Part shown: positions 1 to 12,749 of the stretch, one piece after another
Layout: every line of letters starts with the position of its first letter
Numbering within the stretch: the stretch's first letter is position 1
Assembly: GCA_037379345.1 (NCBI GenBank)
Contig: CM074516.1
Location: forward strand, 372,001-436,000
Origin: Perna viridis
Taxonomy: Eukaryota
Direction of reading: 5' to 3'
Length of the DNA stretch: 64,000 bases
Made by a program: the position numbers and the translations under genes
Notes under the pieces: model-generated
Database searches by the model: none
Seen by the model: only the letters and a program-made list of their open reading frames with translations
What the model was told of the DNA's origin: nothing

Positions 1-239
1 CATTAAATAGTCAGATACCATTACAATTCATCAGTATTTAAAAAAAAAAAATTATCAAAATATCCAATATCACTGTTAGTGTAAATTCCGATGTGTTATT
101 AATAGAATTTCTTTCAACAACACGTGCAATTTTAAATTAATTAAATAAACAAATCAAACCATATGGAGTGTCAACAAATTAATTTTAAAAGCCACACTAA
201 TCGTTGTTAAAACACACTTCAATCATGGTTTGTAATAAA

Positions 240-478
240 GCAATCAGTTTACCGACTTATTAGTTGACTTTGAGATATCAGGGTTAATTAACCTCAAAGT
301 CCTATCAAGGGGACTGATTGATTACCTCGAGTTATCCGAGGTTTCAATTCATCCGACTTCGAATCATACAAGGTAAAATTATATTAGAGTAAGGGGATTT
401 TTGCTTGGACTTTGTAATCAGTTCAAGTTATCCAAGATTTCGACTAATCCGAGTTTGACACATCGAAGTTCGACTGTA
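240..478. mobile_element. Right end of a Tc1/mariner-type MITE
   Basis: Subterminal ttcgag/ttatccga motifs, ending gttcgactg followed by TA; left boundary not seen. Confidence 0.5.
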
Positions 479-805
479 TTTCAGAAAGAAATAAGACATG
501 GGATGATATGTCAGAAAGAAATAAGGAAAAGACATCTGTTGAGAATTTGGAAAACTAGGTCAGAAATGAATAAGGCATGGGATGATATGTCAGAAATTAA
601 TAAGGAAAAGACTGGACTGAAAATTTGGAAACCTTTCATTAATTTGTGGGATTTAGTTTTGGAACTCCCATAGATAAGTTTCAATCAGTGATATTCACAA
701 ATAACTGATGTGTGCTTCCTGTTATCCAGATACCAGATATAGGGGAGTTAATTTTGAAGAATTTTTTTTCTTTTTTTAAACCATTTTACTCATTTGTTTT
801 TCCAG

Positions 806-973
806 GTGACAAAAGGAAAGAATAACCTAGACAAAGCTTTGAAGGTGGCCAAGAAACTTCACAAAGAGGTCAACTCTATTCAGAAATTTATTAATTCAGT
901 AAATGATGAACTTGACTCAAGGGACAAAACTCCTGCAGCCAAAAACTCTGATGCAACTCTTATATATATTAAG
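806..973 (+). CDS. DMD: Dystrophin exon A (about DMD exon 34), VTKGKNNLDKALK...TLIYIK
   Basis: ttttccag acceptor, AAG|gtttgt donor, 168 nt, phase 0-0, helical spectrin-like peptide. Confidence 0.88.
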
Positions 974-1491
974 GTTTGTATTTTTCATGCAGAAACCTCC
1001 TCAGCTATTAAGATAAAAAGTTGGGTTACTTTAAAATTATAATACATGAATACATCAGTCAACAGTTTAAAAGTTCAAACTTCAAGAGTTTTAATTACTA
1101 AATGATACATGAAAATGAAGCTTAAGAGAAACATAATAAAGACTTAAATTTGTATAAAAACCAAAGATATGTTTATGTGTATCAAATACTTACATACAAA
1201 CCTTGACTGTAACTTGGCTGTTAAACTGTGTAATGTCTTTAAAGAGGAAAGGCTACACTGATTTCATCCATTTTAGCAGCTGTCTGTAATGAAATGTTTA
1301 TTCTTATTTTTACAACTACTCTACACATACACTTTTGTATTCTAAGTGATGGATTTGTAGATAAAGATTGTATCATTTGATTAGATTCAGACACTGGATA
1401 GAAACTGACATATTACTATCTTGCTCACTGTATATAAATCTTAAGTAGGCTCAATTTGAATTGCTACTATAAGTGTTGTTTATGGTTTTAG

Positions 1492-1674
1492 TCTGTCCAG
1501 GAAGAGATATCTAAGAGTAAGTCTAAACTTCCAAACACCAGAGAGTTAGTAATTCAGCTCCAGGAGCTGGCAGAGGATGAGGAACTGTCTGATGCTAGAC
1601 AAACTGTAGAAAATCTCTCAGAAAAATGGGCAGTTCTGGCAGAAAGATTGGAATACAAAAGAGAACAAATTCAG
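1492..1674 (+). CDS. DMD: Dystrophin exon B (about exon 35), SVQEEISK...LSEKWAVLAERLEYKREQIQ
   Basis: ttttag acceptor (alternative ccag ending at 1500), CAG|gtggga donor, 183 nt, phase 0-0, helix-C Trp; not in the ORF track. Confidence 0.88.
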
Positions 1675-2069
1675 GTGGGAAAGTAGTCCATAAGCTGAAA
1701 TAAACAGTGTACAATTTGAATGTCTAAAACATGAGTTGACTAAGTCTTGTCTGTTTATACTGCATTCTGTAACTATTCAGCAAAGAATTTTTGTTAAATA
1801 CACTGATATAACCATGTATAACTTGATTGTTACATTTTATGACAAGATAATGATAAAAATCTTCTACAATTCTTGTCTTCATGCTTCAAGATTTCAATAA
1901 GTCGTCCACGACACATGATGAAAAAAATATTTCCAACATAGATTTAAACACTTTCCTTTTTCAAATATTGACTGTGAGAGCACTATTACATGGTGATTAG
2001 TTTTATAACTATAAATAAATTATTTCAATCTGACTGTGTTTTACATTTGTCATCAATTTTATGTTTTAG

Positions 2070-2222
2070 GTTGAAATATCAGCATTAGAAAAACTGTTCA
2101 TTTCTTTCCAAACTACTATAATGAATGTGAAGGAATGGTTAAGTAAAGCTGAGAATACCATGGCAACTCAGGTTCAAGGGTCATCTGGTCAAATGTCAGA
2201 TGGTCAAAAGGACCAGTTTAGG
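2070..2222 (+). CDS. DMD: Dystrophin exon C (about exon 36), VEISALEK...VKEWLSKAE...KDQFR
   Basis: ttttag acceptor, AGG|gtaggt donor, 153 nt, phase 0-0, helix-A WL motif. Confidence 0.88.
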
Positions 2223-2440
2223 GTAGGTTGTAGAATAGTTTATTCAATGTGTTGTGAAAATATGAAACAAGATTTTTTTTTTTAATATGCATTCAGACGG
2301 AACAGTGTTATGGAAAAGGCAACCTTAACAGTTAATTAAGTATTGTGTTCTAATGTCTTCCCGGTGTTACAAACTACTACAAAACCAATAGTGGTAATTG
2401 TACAATCAGGATTTTATGTTTAAATTACCTCCCTTTATAG

Positions 2441-2599
2441 AGATTGCAGCTGGAGTCTAATGACCTAGGAAGTCAAGTGGATGAAGTTCGAGAAAAGGCT
2501 GTAAATATTATGAACCGTAGTGAGAGATACCAAAAAATGGTGGAACCAGAACTGACACATTTAAACCTAAGATGGGAAGATATCTCACAACAGATCAGG
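2441..2599 (+). CDS. DMD: Dystrophin exon D (about exon 37), RLQLESND...KMVEPELTHLNLRWEDISQQIR
   Basis: ccctttatag acceptor, AGG|gtaagg donor, 159 nt, phase 0-0; resembles human KLVEPQISELNHRF. Confidence 0.92.
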
Positions 2600-3419
2600 G
2601 TAAGGTCATTCAAAGTTAAATTTTTGGTATTTTATTCCACTAGCTACATTGTTTATATGTATGTGTCCCTGTTTCCTGTTTTAATTAACTTTTTGTTTCA
2701 CTGGCCATTTTTTCATGAAAACCAATTAGGAAGAGAGGTATTTATATTTACCCTTTTATTGTGCCAAAAATGTGGTTATGGTGGATTTCACATTATTCAC
2801 AGCCAGAAAAAATATTTAGGGAGATTTTTGTTTGATTTTTTTACTGATATGGCAATGCAATTGGTGATGAGGCCTTCTCACAAGAGAAAAGGAAGGGCCC
2901 AAGAAGCAAGACATTACTTTTGGTTGGCCTAATATGTGTTTGCCTGCCAATGCTAACAATAATCCACCTGTGAACCCATTTAATAATGTTTTATTAGTTT
3001 GACAACAATAGGATATAATTATGTAAAACAAAATTTTCTGATTTAAGCTTATTGTTGTTTTAAAAATCTCAAGGTCATCAAAATGATAAATTCATTACTC
3101 CAGTAGATCTTTTTATTTTTGGTTCTCACACCATTACCTTGGCAGTCAATGGAGAGGAAAGGCATTTTTTAACTAACTTTTTTATTGGCCTAAATGGTGT
3201 TTGCAATTATTTTAAATTCATAAAAATGATGAAGGTGGTGTGTTTTTTTTTTAATAGAAACTGATAAAGAGGTATTTTTAGATAAGATACAAAGAGATGA
3301 CTCCGAGAACCCTTGATCAATCAATTTGAGTTAGTTTTCAGCATGTCAATTAAATATTGTGTGCTACCAAAACAATGTCACAATGTTGAGGCACAGTTAA
3401 ACTAGACTTACTTAGTTAA

Positions 3420-4375
3420 CCGTCCCAATAACTCGTTAAATACTCTTACTGTCCCAATAACTCAAACAATATTCTTACTGTCCCAATAACACATAAAATA
3501 TTCTTACTGTCCCAATAATTTATAAAATATTCTTACTGCCCTAAAGACTTCAACAATATTCATACTGTCCCAATAATTCAAAAAATATTCTTACTGTCCC
3601 AATAACTCATAAAATATTCTTACTGTCCCAATAACTCATAAAATATTCTTACTGTCCCAAAAACTCATAAAATATTCGTAATGTCCAAATAATACAAAAA
3701 TATTCTTACTGTACAAAAGACTGAAATAATATACTCACTATCCCAAAGCCTTAAATAATGTTCTCATTGACCCCAACAATATTCTTACTGTCCCAATAAC
3801 ACATAAAATATTCTTACTGTCCCAATAACTTATAAAATATTCTTACTGCCCTAAAGACTCCAACAATATTCATACTGTCCCAATAATTCAAAAAATATTC
3901 TTACTGTCCCAATAACTCATAAAATATTCTTACTGCCCCAATAACTCATAAAATATTCTTACTGTCCCAATAATACAAAAATATTCTTACTGTCCCAATA
4001 ACTCATAAAATATTCTTACTGTCCCAAAGACTCCAACAATATTCTCACTATCTCAGACTCCAACAGTATTCTTACTGTCCCAGAGACTCCAACAATATTC
4101 TCACTATCCTAATGACTCAAACAATATTCACACTATCCCAAAGACTCAAATAATATATTCACTATCCCAAAGCCTAAATTAATATTCTCACTGCCCCCAA
4201 AGACTCCCAATAATATTCTCACTATCCCAAAGACTCAAACAATATTCTCACTATCCCAAAGACTCAAACAGTGTTCTCACTATCCCAAAGACTCCAACAA
4301 TATTCTCACTGTTTCAAAGACCCCAACAATATCCTCACTATCCCAAAGACTCAAATAATGTTCTCACTACTGACT
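3420..4375. repeat. Minisatellite, ~29-30-bp unit (attcttactgtcccaataactcataaaat), about 30 copies, diverging along the array
   Basis: Direct inspection. Confidence 0.95.
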
Positions 4376-4526
4376 CAACTATCACAGGAGAACAAATCAT
4401 TATGATTTTTTTTCAATTTAAAGAAAGTATGGGGAATTTTTCTTGTTAAAGGGTACCAGTATCTTTGTATATACTTGGTGAACTTTTTTTTTAACAGCCA
4501 AACTGTAGGTGTTTGTTGTATTACAG

Positions 4527-4955
4527 GAGAAACAAAAAGCAATGACTGTGATACCAGAAATAACAGAGATCAAACGTGTAACAGTAGCTCACATCTCATC
4601 TTCTCCTCTCCGTAACTCATCACCTGACCATAAATCCAGAACCTCTAATCAATCTCGCTCCTCCTTTGATCGTTCATCAGAATCACCAGAAAAAGCACCA
4701 ACCCCACCCAGACGCACATCAGCATCACTTTCACCAAGAGGCTCTCTTACACCAACAACACCAACATCACCGCTTTCACCATCACGGATCACGATTTCAC
4801 CATTAAAAGAACCATTCTGTGACATAACTGATGAAGAGTTCCAGGAATTCTATGACAAAGTGTTGAAAGATATTGTTGTGTTTGATCATGGAGTTGTAAA
4901 CAAAGGACAACTTACAAAGTCAGAGGTCAAAGGAAGTCCACAAAGTTTTATACAG
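4527..4955 (+). CDS. DMD: Dystrophin exon E (expanded exon-38 equivalent with Ser/Pro/Thr-rich insert)
   Basis: ttacag acceptor, CAG|gtgagt donor, 429 nt, phase 0-0, open frame; PLKE motif as in human ASIPLKE. Confidence 0.88.
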
Positions 4956-5101
4956 GTGAGTTGAAAGGTTGTTTAATGCAGAAGTTATAGGTGTAAGATA
5001 CTTTTATGATGATGATTATTGTATAGAGCTTATATGTAGATAGAACGGAGCAAATTAAGTCACACTGTGACACTCTCAGCAGTTTTTTCCTCACTGCATT
5101 A

Positions 5102-5491
5102 GGCCAAAAAAAAAATCTCTTTGTAGGGTTACATTCCTCCCAAAAATTGGGTAGGTCGGTCGGCATTTTCATTTTTTTTTTTTTTTCTTTTTTTTTTCAT
5201 TTTATTTTTTTCTCAACTAAAGTTGAGCCTATATTTGTAAAATAGCATCATGTTTAAGTCATGAAAGTGCATGGTTTTAAGTGGGAAGTTTAATTTTTAG
5301 GTCCCCTATTCAAATGCTATTGTGACCTGGTTTTTAACGTACTTCCAGTTTTACTGGAAATGATCCATATTATATTGGAAATTGGTGGAAATTACCAATT
5401 TTGTCAATTTGGGAGAAAAAATGTATTAGGGTCGGGAGAAAAAATTAGGGTCAGTTGGGAAACCCGAAACAGACGTATTTTTTTTTTGGCC
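5102..5491. mobile_element. MITE, PIF/Harbinger (Tourist)-like
   Basis: TIRs GGCCAAAAAAAAAA...TTTTTTTTTTGGCC flanked on both sides by TTA (5099-5101 and 5492-5494). Confidence 0.75.
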
Positions 5492-5499
5492 TTAGGATT

Positions 5500-5800
5500 A
5501 TTATTATACCCCTGCTCCAAAGGAGGGGAGAACTGTTTTACCCTTTGTCCATGTTTCCTTCCATAACATTTTTATTCCATTGCACTTTTTTCAGCAACTA
5601 CTTATCACAACAGCTGGAAATTTTAACACATTATCCCTGTAGGTATGCAACATGGTGGGTTTCTTTTTCATTTAAAAAAATTGACAGCAGCTTCCTGTTT
5701 GCCTGGAACTTTGTTTATTTTCCTTATTTTGTTTATTTTTCTAATATTGTGATTGAAAGCGGGTATCACTAGTGAGCCATCACTTACGGTTTTCTTGTTT
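5500..5800 (+). mobile_element. Non-autonomous Helentron/HINE-like element
   Basis: Starts ttatacccctgc; inverted subterminal gcggggtatc near 5759 followed by a short hairpin; relatives near 37200-37570 and 44985-45330. Confidence 0.5.
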
Positions 5801-6015
5801 GATATTCATAAGTTTCCTGGGGGTATAAATGACATAGCTCAGCATATTCCATGTTTTCAATCAAAAGTTGTATCTTACAGATGTCAAAAAATCAGTTACA
5901 AAAGAAATATGTTTTTGTGTGATTACACAACCAAACAATATTTTACTCATCCTTGAGTACAGGAATTCTAGATGTTACTATAGATAAGAGTTTCTCAATC
6001 ACTTATACATTTCAG

Positions 6016-6153
6016 AATATTGAGTTAGAAGAACAACAGTTACAATCTGAAGTTAGTACTGTGTCTGATAAAGGGAGACAACTCTCACACAGTATTGATC
6101 TATCTGATCATGATAAAGCTATCAGAATCTACAGACAGGTGGAAGATCTAAAG
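6016..6153 (+). CDS. DMD: Dystrophin exon F (about exon 39), NIELEEQQ...RQVEDLK
   Basis: tttcag acceptor, AAG|gtaaag donor, 138 nt, phase 0-0. Confidence 0.88.
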
Positions 6154-6510
6154 GTAAAGATTACAAACCTTTCAAAAAAATACAAGTACAAATAAAATGA
6201 TCTAAAAGTACTGTACATTATGCATTTTATCATTTATCAATTTAGGAATCACAAAATCAGTCAACGTTTGATGGAAAGTAACTCTCAACCAGTGATTGAT
6301 CATTCATCACCTTGTCTTTAATCAGTAATTATTTAGTCAAAGGCTAGGGTTTTTTTTTAATTAATCACCGGTGATTCAATAATCAGTCATTGATCTGTTG
6401 CCAAATAGTCATGAAATAGTTATTTATCAGTAACCAAGAAAACAGTTGTCAGTTTTGATCGGTCATCACCCAAATATCAATCAGTCATCAGGTTGTCAAT
6501 AATCATTGTC

Positions 6511-6722
6511 AGTAATTGTTAGATCACCACCTGGTTTTTACTTAATCATCAGATTGTTAAAAGTAATTGTTAGGTCACCACCTGGTTTTTACTTAATCAT
6601 CAGATTGTTAAAAGTAATTGTTAGGTCACCACCTGGTTTTTACTTAATCATCAGATTGTTAAAAGTAATTGTTAGGTCACCACCTGGTTTTTACTTAATC
6701 ATCAGATTGTTAAAAGTAATTG
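6511..6722. repeat. 51-bp tandem repeat x4
   Basis: Produces the 17-aa periodic ORF 6506-6742. Confidence 0.95.
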
Positions 6723-7119
6723 CTCAATCAAGACCTAGTTAATCAGTCATCAGGTTGTCAATGTTCAGATACCAAGTCATCTACAAGCCACTTATCAATC
6801 AACTATCAATCACAATGCAATCCTGTTAGAGTAAACCATCAAATAGCTGACAAGATTGGTTCAAGGATTATGTCAAAGCTTGTATTTATGTCTCCCCTTC
6901 TCCAGAAGGGGACATATTGTTTTAGTGTGAATTCTTCTTCTCCTTGTTTTCATGAATGTCGTAGTTATTAACGTTTAGACCATTAACAAAATTGACTCTA
7001 ACCTTTCATGTGATTGTTGGCAAAATGAATCTTAGTTTTGAACAGAATCAGTGATGTATAAATCATTAGGACTGTGATTTTGGACCAAACAATATTATGA
7101 TTTTTAAATTGTTGTACAG

Positions 7120-7287
7120 ACTAAATGGAACAGTGTGAAAACCAGTTCTGAGAACAAGAAACATACACTGCTCTCTGTTGCCCCAGAATGGAACCAGTTT
7201 AACAGGGATTTACAACAACTGTATGTTTGGTTAGATGGTGTTGATGAACAGCTGAAGTCACCTGACCTTGACCCTGAAACTGTAAAG
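7120..7287 (+). CDS. DMD: Dystrophin exon G (about exon 40), TKWNSVK...EWNQFNRDLQQLYVWLDGVDEQL...TVK
   Basis: gtacag acceptor, AAG|gtaaag donor, 168 nt, phase 0-0, canonical spectrin helix A. Confidence 0.92.
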
Positions 7288-7464
7288 GTAAAGGTCAATG
7301 ATAGAAATTTAAAGCTATAACCTTCCTCCAAATAACTTATATTGTAATTTTATATATTATTCCATACTTTTATCATTTCAATATTATGTTTTGGAATTAA
7401 CTGTGAAATGAATTGCTGTAGTTGCATTTATTTTCATTGGTTGCCTGAAAAATGTTCTGATACA

Positions 7465-8165
7465 TATTTATAACCCAAGCAACAAAGTTGCGAAGGGAAT
7501 AATGTTTTTGACCCGTACATCCGTCAGTCCATCTTCAGTTTTCCAGACTTTTTTTCTAAACGCTTGCAGATGTTGACATATGTTTTGGTATACAAGCTCA
7601 CCATGATAAGTTATTGGTCAAGTATAACTTTCGTTCAGCTCTGATGATTTATACCGAACTTACGGTCCTTGAACTTAACAAAATTCAAAGAAATAACAGG
7701 ACTTTTTTTCTATACACTTGCAGATATTGACATGATTTTTTATATATATAAGTTCACCATAATAAGTTGTAGGTCAAGTTTACATTTGTTTTGCTCGGAT
7801 GATTTTTACCAAAATTATGGGCATTGAACTGAACAAAATTCACAGAAATAAGTTTCCAAGATTTTTTTTAAAAAACGCTTGCAGATATTGACATGATTTT
7901 TAGTATTTAAATTTACCATGATAAGTTACAGGACAAGGCTGTAGTTGGTTCCACTCCAATGATTTTTACCAAAATTATGGACCTTGAACTTAGCTAAATT
8001 CACAGAAATAACCGTTTTTCTGACTTTTTTTTCTAAACGCTTGCAGATTATGACATTTTTTTTTTTTGTTATATAAATTCACCATGATAAGTTATAGGTC
8101 AAGTATATGTTTGTTCCGCTACAATGATATTTACTTGGATTAACTAAAACTCAAAGAAATCGCAG
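7465..8165 (+). mobile_element. HINE-like element with internal ~150-bp tandem units
   Basis: 5' tttataaccc..gcaac aaa gttgc hairpin and ccgtc motifs; four copies of cgcttgcagatattgacat...caccatgataagtt...ggtcaag. Confidence 0.55.
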
Positions 8166-8559
8166 TCTGGAGTTTTAAACTGCCATTAGTTAGAAGATAA
8201 AGGTCTAAAGCCTAAAAAACACTCTTATTCCTTTTTGCATCAGGATCCTTCTACATGTATTTCTTTAGTTTACTTTAGTATCCAACAATGGGAGCGTGCT
8301 CACTAAGGTTCTTTAATGTATCATGTTGTCCTTATTGTTGGTGTTGTTGTCAGTTTAAGTTCATTTATTTACAATAACTTTTTTACGGTTGGAGAAGAAC
8401 ATTAAAAACTTAATAGGTTTGCCCACATTTTTATTGCAATTATCACCATGATCAACGCTATTAGAAAACCAAAGTATTTTCATTGTCTTGTTTTTTTATG
8501 ACACATTTTTCATGACTCTGACATTTGAAAGTGTTCATGTGACAAAAGAAATTTCAGTT

Positions 8560-9295
8560 CAAATGTGAATTACATCACTTTGGGAATCCTATGTGAAATT
8601 ACATGTATATGATATATAGCTCTGTATATCAAATGCGAAATTCGATCAATATTATATATCATTTTGGGGATCAAATGTAAAGTTACATTCTATATAATAT
8701 ATCACTAAGGGGATGCAATGTTAAGTTTCATGTATATGATATATCACTTAGGGATTCAATGTGATCTTACATAGTATATATCACTTAGGGTATCCAATGT
8801 GAAGTTTTGTGTACATGGATATCATATATCACTAAGGGAATCCAATGTGAAGTTTCATGTACATGTATATGATATATCACTTAGGGGATCCAATGTGAAG
8901 TTTCATGTACATGGATATGATATATCACTTACGGAATCCAATGTGAAGTTTCATGTACATGGATATGATATATCACTAAGGGGATCCAGTGTGAAGTTAC
9001 ATGTATATGATATATCACTTAGGGGATCCAATGTAAAGTTTTATGTATATGGATATGATATATCACTTAGGGGATCCAATGTAAAGTTTCATGTACATGG
9101 ATATGATATATCACTAAGGGGATCGAATGTGAAGTTTCATGTACATGGATATGATATATCACTAAGGGGATCGAATGTGAAGTTTCATGTACATGGATAT
9201 GATATATCACTAAGGGGATCCAATGTGAAGTAACACTGTATATAATATATCCCTTTGGGGATCCAATGTGAAGTTTCATGTATCTGATATATCAG
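8560..9295. repeat. Minisatellite, 45/51-bp unit (gatatatcactaaggggatccaatgtgaagtttcatgtacatggatat)
   Basis: Direct inspection. Confidence 0.95.
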
Positions 9296-9389
9296 ATCAA
9301 AAATCCTCTTCTATATCCATGATTACAAAAATGTACCAAATGCCACTTTTAAGACTATCTTTAAAGAGTAATTAAGGGAATGAAGATTC

Positions 9390-9590
9390 TAGCAGTAATC
9401 CACAGAATATAATCTGGATACAAAAACCAGACATAGAAAACAGACAAACACAACAAAGAATATAAAATAACCAAACTAATACATACAAAATAACAAAAGT
9501 AGAAGAGCACCTTGGACTCCACTAAAAACTTGGAGCATGTGCCAGGTGCACCGGTAGGGTAAGCTGCTTTTCTAGAAACACCTGCCGAAA
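9390..9590. mobile_element. Dispersed repeat, copy 1 (bivalve-type retroposon remnant)
   Basis: Alignable with 39960-40170: gaaaacagacaaacacaacaaagaa...ggactccactaaaaa...caccggtagggtaagct. Confidence 0.7.
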
Positions 9591-12256
9591 AAAATGGATT
9601 AAAAATTGGAAAGATAGAAAAACTTTAGTTTCAGGATTTTTTTTTATATTAACAACAGAAAATTACTTATACTAAAAACACTGTTTGTGATTACATAACT
9701 TTAAAATCCCTCCTTTTCTTACTAATTAAATTAATTTCCTCCAATGTAGCAGTAACTTCATCTTCTGTGTTACCCATTAATACTTTTATTACTTTGGCTA
9801 CTAATTACAACTTAAGAGTTTCTGGTCTTATTTCCCATCAAACAAATTATTCTGAGAATAGTAATCATTTATACTGGTCGTAAAAATATTCGGTACTTTC
9901 TACTCAGGTAGAGGAGTGTGTTGAGATTAAATGATGCTTTGGTAATTATCTGTTCTGGAAAAGGGGCTTTTATGTGCATGATCATGAGCAGACTTATGTG
10001 CACTTTATAAAAACAATTAATTTCAGAATTATGAAGTTATTTCAGTAATTAAAATTAGTACAGGGGTTCAAAGATATTTTTATCATTAAAATCAGAAATT
10101 CTCTGTAGAATGAGAGTTGAGTTATAGAGTTCATTTTTGACTAATTAATTTGTAATCAGCCTTCTGATTGGTTGGTTTTCTTTAGACAGCACTGGTTAAT
10201 TGTATTGACTTATTTGGTTGTGTTTCATCATTACCATTTATCTGTCCCAGTAACATTTTAATGAAGGATCTGTTCTTTAAGTTAGACTGAAATTGATAAG
10301 AACTCTGACTATTAGGAATGTTTTAAATTTTGGACCCAGTTTATACGCTTGCACAACCAAACTGAGGCCAAGTGACACTAATTCATAAGCTGGCTTTATC
10401 ACTGAACTTTGTCAAACTTCAATATGTGTGCATGACACGACCTTTCAACTAATTTACAACCATAATGTAGAAACTCAGGATTTCAGAACTTTTTTTAGAT
10501 ATGTAGATTTATTTACCTGAAGATGGGTTTCTCACTACAAATACATATATCTATATATCTATACGTTAAATAGGCTGCTTCACTCACATAGTAATGTTAA
10601 CTGTAGAAGTTTATGAATAAGGCTTGTAAAATAAATCTTGAATAAGTTCTAAATAAAACTTAGAAGTTTAAAAAAACTAACTGTTAGAAGAGTTTTGTAG
10701 AGAAAAAACAAACTGTTTATTTCCAACTGTATCAACATGTAACACCTGTTTCAATTCTACCTGTTACAACACCAATGTACTGCACAAGATTATTTTCTTT
10801 ACTTATCATTAAGTGTATGTAAATACAATCCTGGATATATCTAACATCAAAAAATATTATTGCAATTATATTTTGGCATCAAAGAAGCTTCTAATTACCA
10901 TAGTATAATTAACATGATATCTTTTATCATGACTATTTCTGCTTACAATTATGCTTGTTTTTTACCAATACTCCACCTGTGTTATAATTAGAGGTCGCCA
11001 TCTCACTAATTATTACAAAGGATGTCTATCATCACACGCGTCATCTGCCATGAGTTTTGGCATGTATATTATATCTTGTCTCCTCTTACAGTACTACAGT
11101 TTGTAAGTTGGTTTTGATGATAGTAAAACTGGACTGTTTCTTCTTAGCGAGTACAATTAACTTTAGGGAGAATTGAAGGGTTTTGATTAATTGGATGTAT
11201 TACAAATTCAGAGATTATGGTTAAAGATGAGGGTTTTAGTAGACAGTACATGTAGTGCATACTGACTTTGGCTTTTAATATAAGAGAACTAAATTTGTGT
11301 TTAAAAGAAACTTTTGTGCAACAAAAGTTTTTAATTATGGTGGACTTCCGTGAAAATTTGACTTATTAGTGGGCTTCAGTAAAGTGAATTATGGTGTGGA
11401 CTTCAGGGTATTGACTTATCTGTGGACTTAGTCTTCAGCTCACAACTGAGCAAAACTATTCACTAACTGTCAATAGTCTTCAGCATACTACTGAGCAAAA
11501 CTATTCACTATCTGACAAAGTCTTCAGCATACATTTGTACTGCTTAGTGAAACTATTCATTGTCTGGCATGGTCTTTAGCATACTACATGGCAAAGATGT
11601 TCATTGTCTGACATAGTTTTCAGCAAAATACTGGGCAAAACTATTTTTAAGAACAACTTGTTGATAAGCCATGATAGGCAATTTTTCTGAACTGTTCCTT
11701 GAATGACTTTATAGTTTACTTGTTTACAATGATAACAAAATTGAACATTGCATCATTCGCCTTTTCATAAAGGGAGAACAAGCTATCTTTGAAGAAAAAA
11801 TGTGGAAAACACATCATAGTTTATTAATGAGGGATAATAGACAATTCTGATCTATTGAAGCTAACTAAAGGAACCTTGTGTGAAGTTTCATCTGATGATC
11901 TTTCATCTGTTTCTCCTTGTCAAGTTTACAAAGATAGTTTGAAGAGGCATATTGTTTATATGAAAAGTGGAAGAAAATTGGAATGTTATCTTTCTCATTT
12001 TTTATGGTTGTAGGAGAAAACAATACAAATTGTCTTAGATTGAAATAAATGAAAGGGAGTTTTCTTCACCAGCATCTGAGTTGGAGTATATTTGGTTAAT
12101 GGTTGTGATGTAAATAGTGATTACAATTAAAACTTTGGATTTAAACCTGCTGTAAATATCAAACCGATAGTGTTAATTAGCAGCAAAATTTACACCATAC
12201 TAAAAGTTTTAATTGTTTGGTAGAATCATTTTAACAGATTTCAAAGAAATATTCTG

Positions 12257-12367
12257 ATGAATAATGAGCGACATGTGGTATTACTTGTGTGCATCATGCA
12301 TAATTTTATGATAATCGGTCTGAACAGAGTAATTTGGACAAGGTTGTCTATCATTTCTGGACTGAGG
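12257..12367 (+). CDS. Candidate alternative first exon, MNNERHVVLLVCIMHNFMIIGLNRVIWTRLSIISGLR
   Basis: ATG-initiated 37 codons, AGG|gtatgt donor, phase 0, in frame with exon H. Confidence 0.35.
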
Positions 12368-12749
12368 GTATGTTTTCTATTAATACCTATTATGATTCTT
12401 GATGGGAGAGAATTCCTCTTTATAATACCTTCACAAAGAAAGATGGAACTTGGACGTGATAGTATGTGTGGTAGAATACTTCTATCACTTTACTTGTGAC
12501 ATCAGATTACATGCTAGTGAATGTATCTTTCACACTACTAGTGAATATATGATTCACACTACAAATGAATATCTTATTCACATACAAGTGAATATGATTC
12601 ATGCTGTTAGTGAAGTTTGATGACTTTTTTTATGCATGAACATCGTGGAATAGTTCTGATGAAGTAACTGAAACATGAATTCTGTAGGAATTTCATTTAT
12701 TTTGATACATATACCAGCAAAGACTAATTCACTGACTTTCTCACTACTT

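Noticed and set aside
2600-2932. Hydrophobic C-terminal extension of ORF 2444-2932 (possible transmembrane isoform)
   Set aside because: It is intron read-through past a strong AGG|gtaagg donor; T-rich intron explains the hydrophobicity.
6506-9279. Periodic ORFs at 6506-6742, 8799-9233 and 9067-9279
   Set aside because: Minisatellite-derived, with no splice signals or protein-family pattern.
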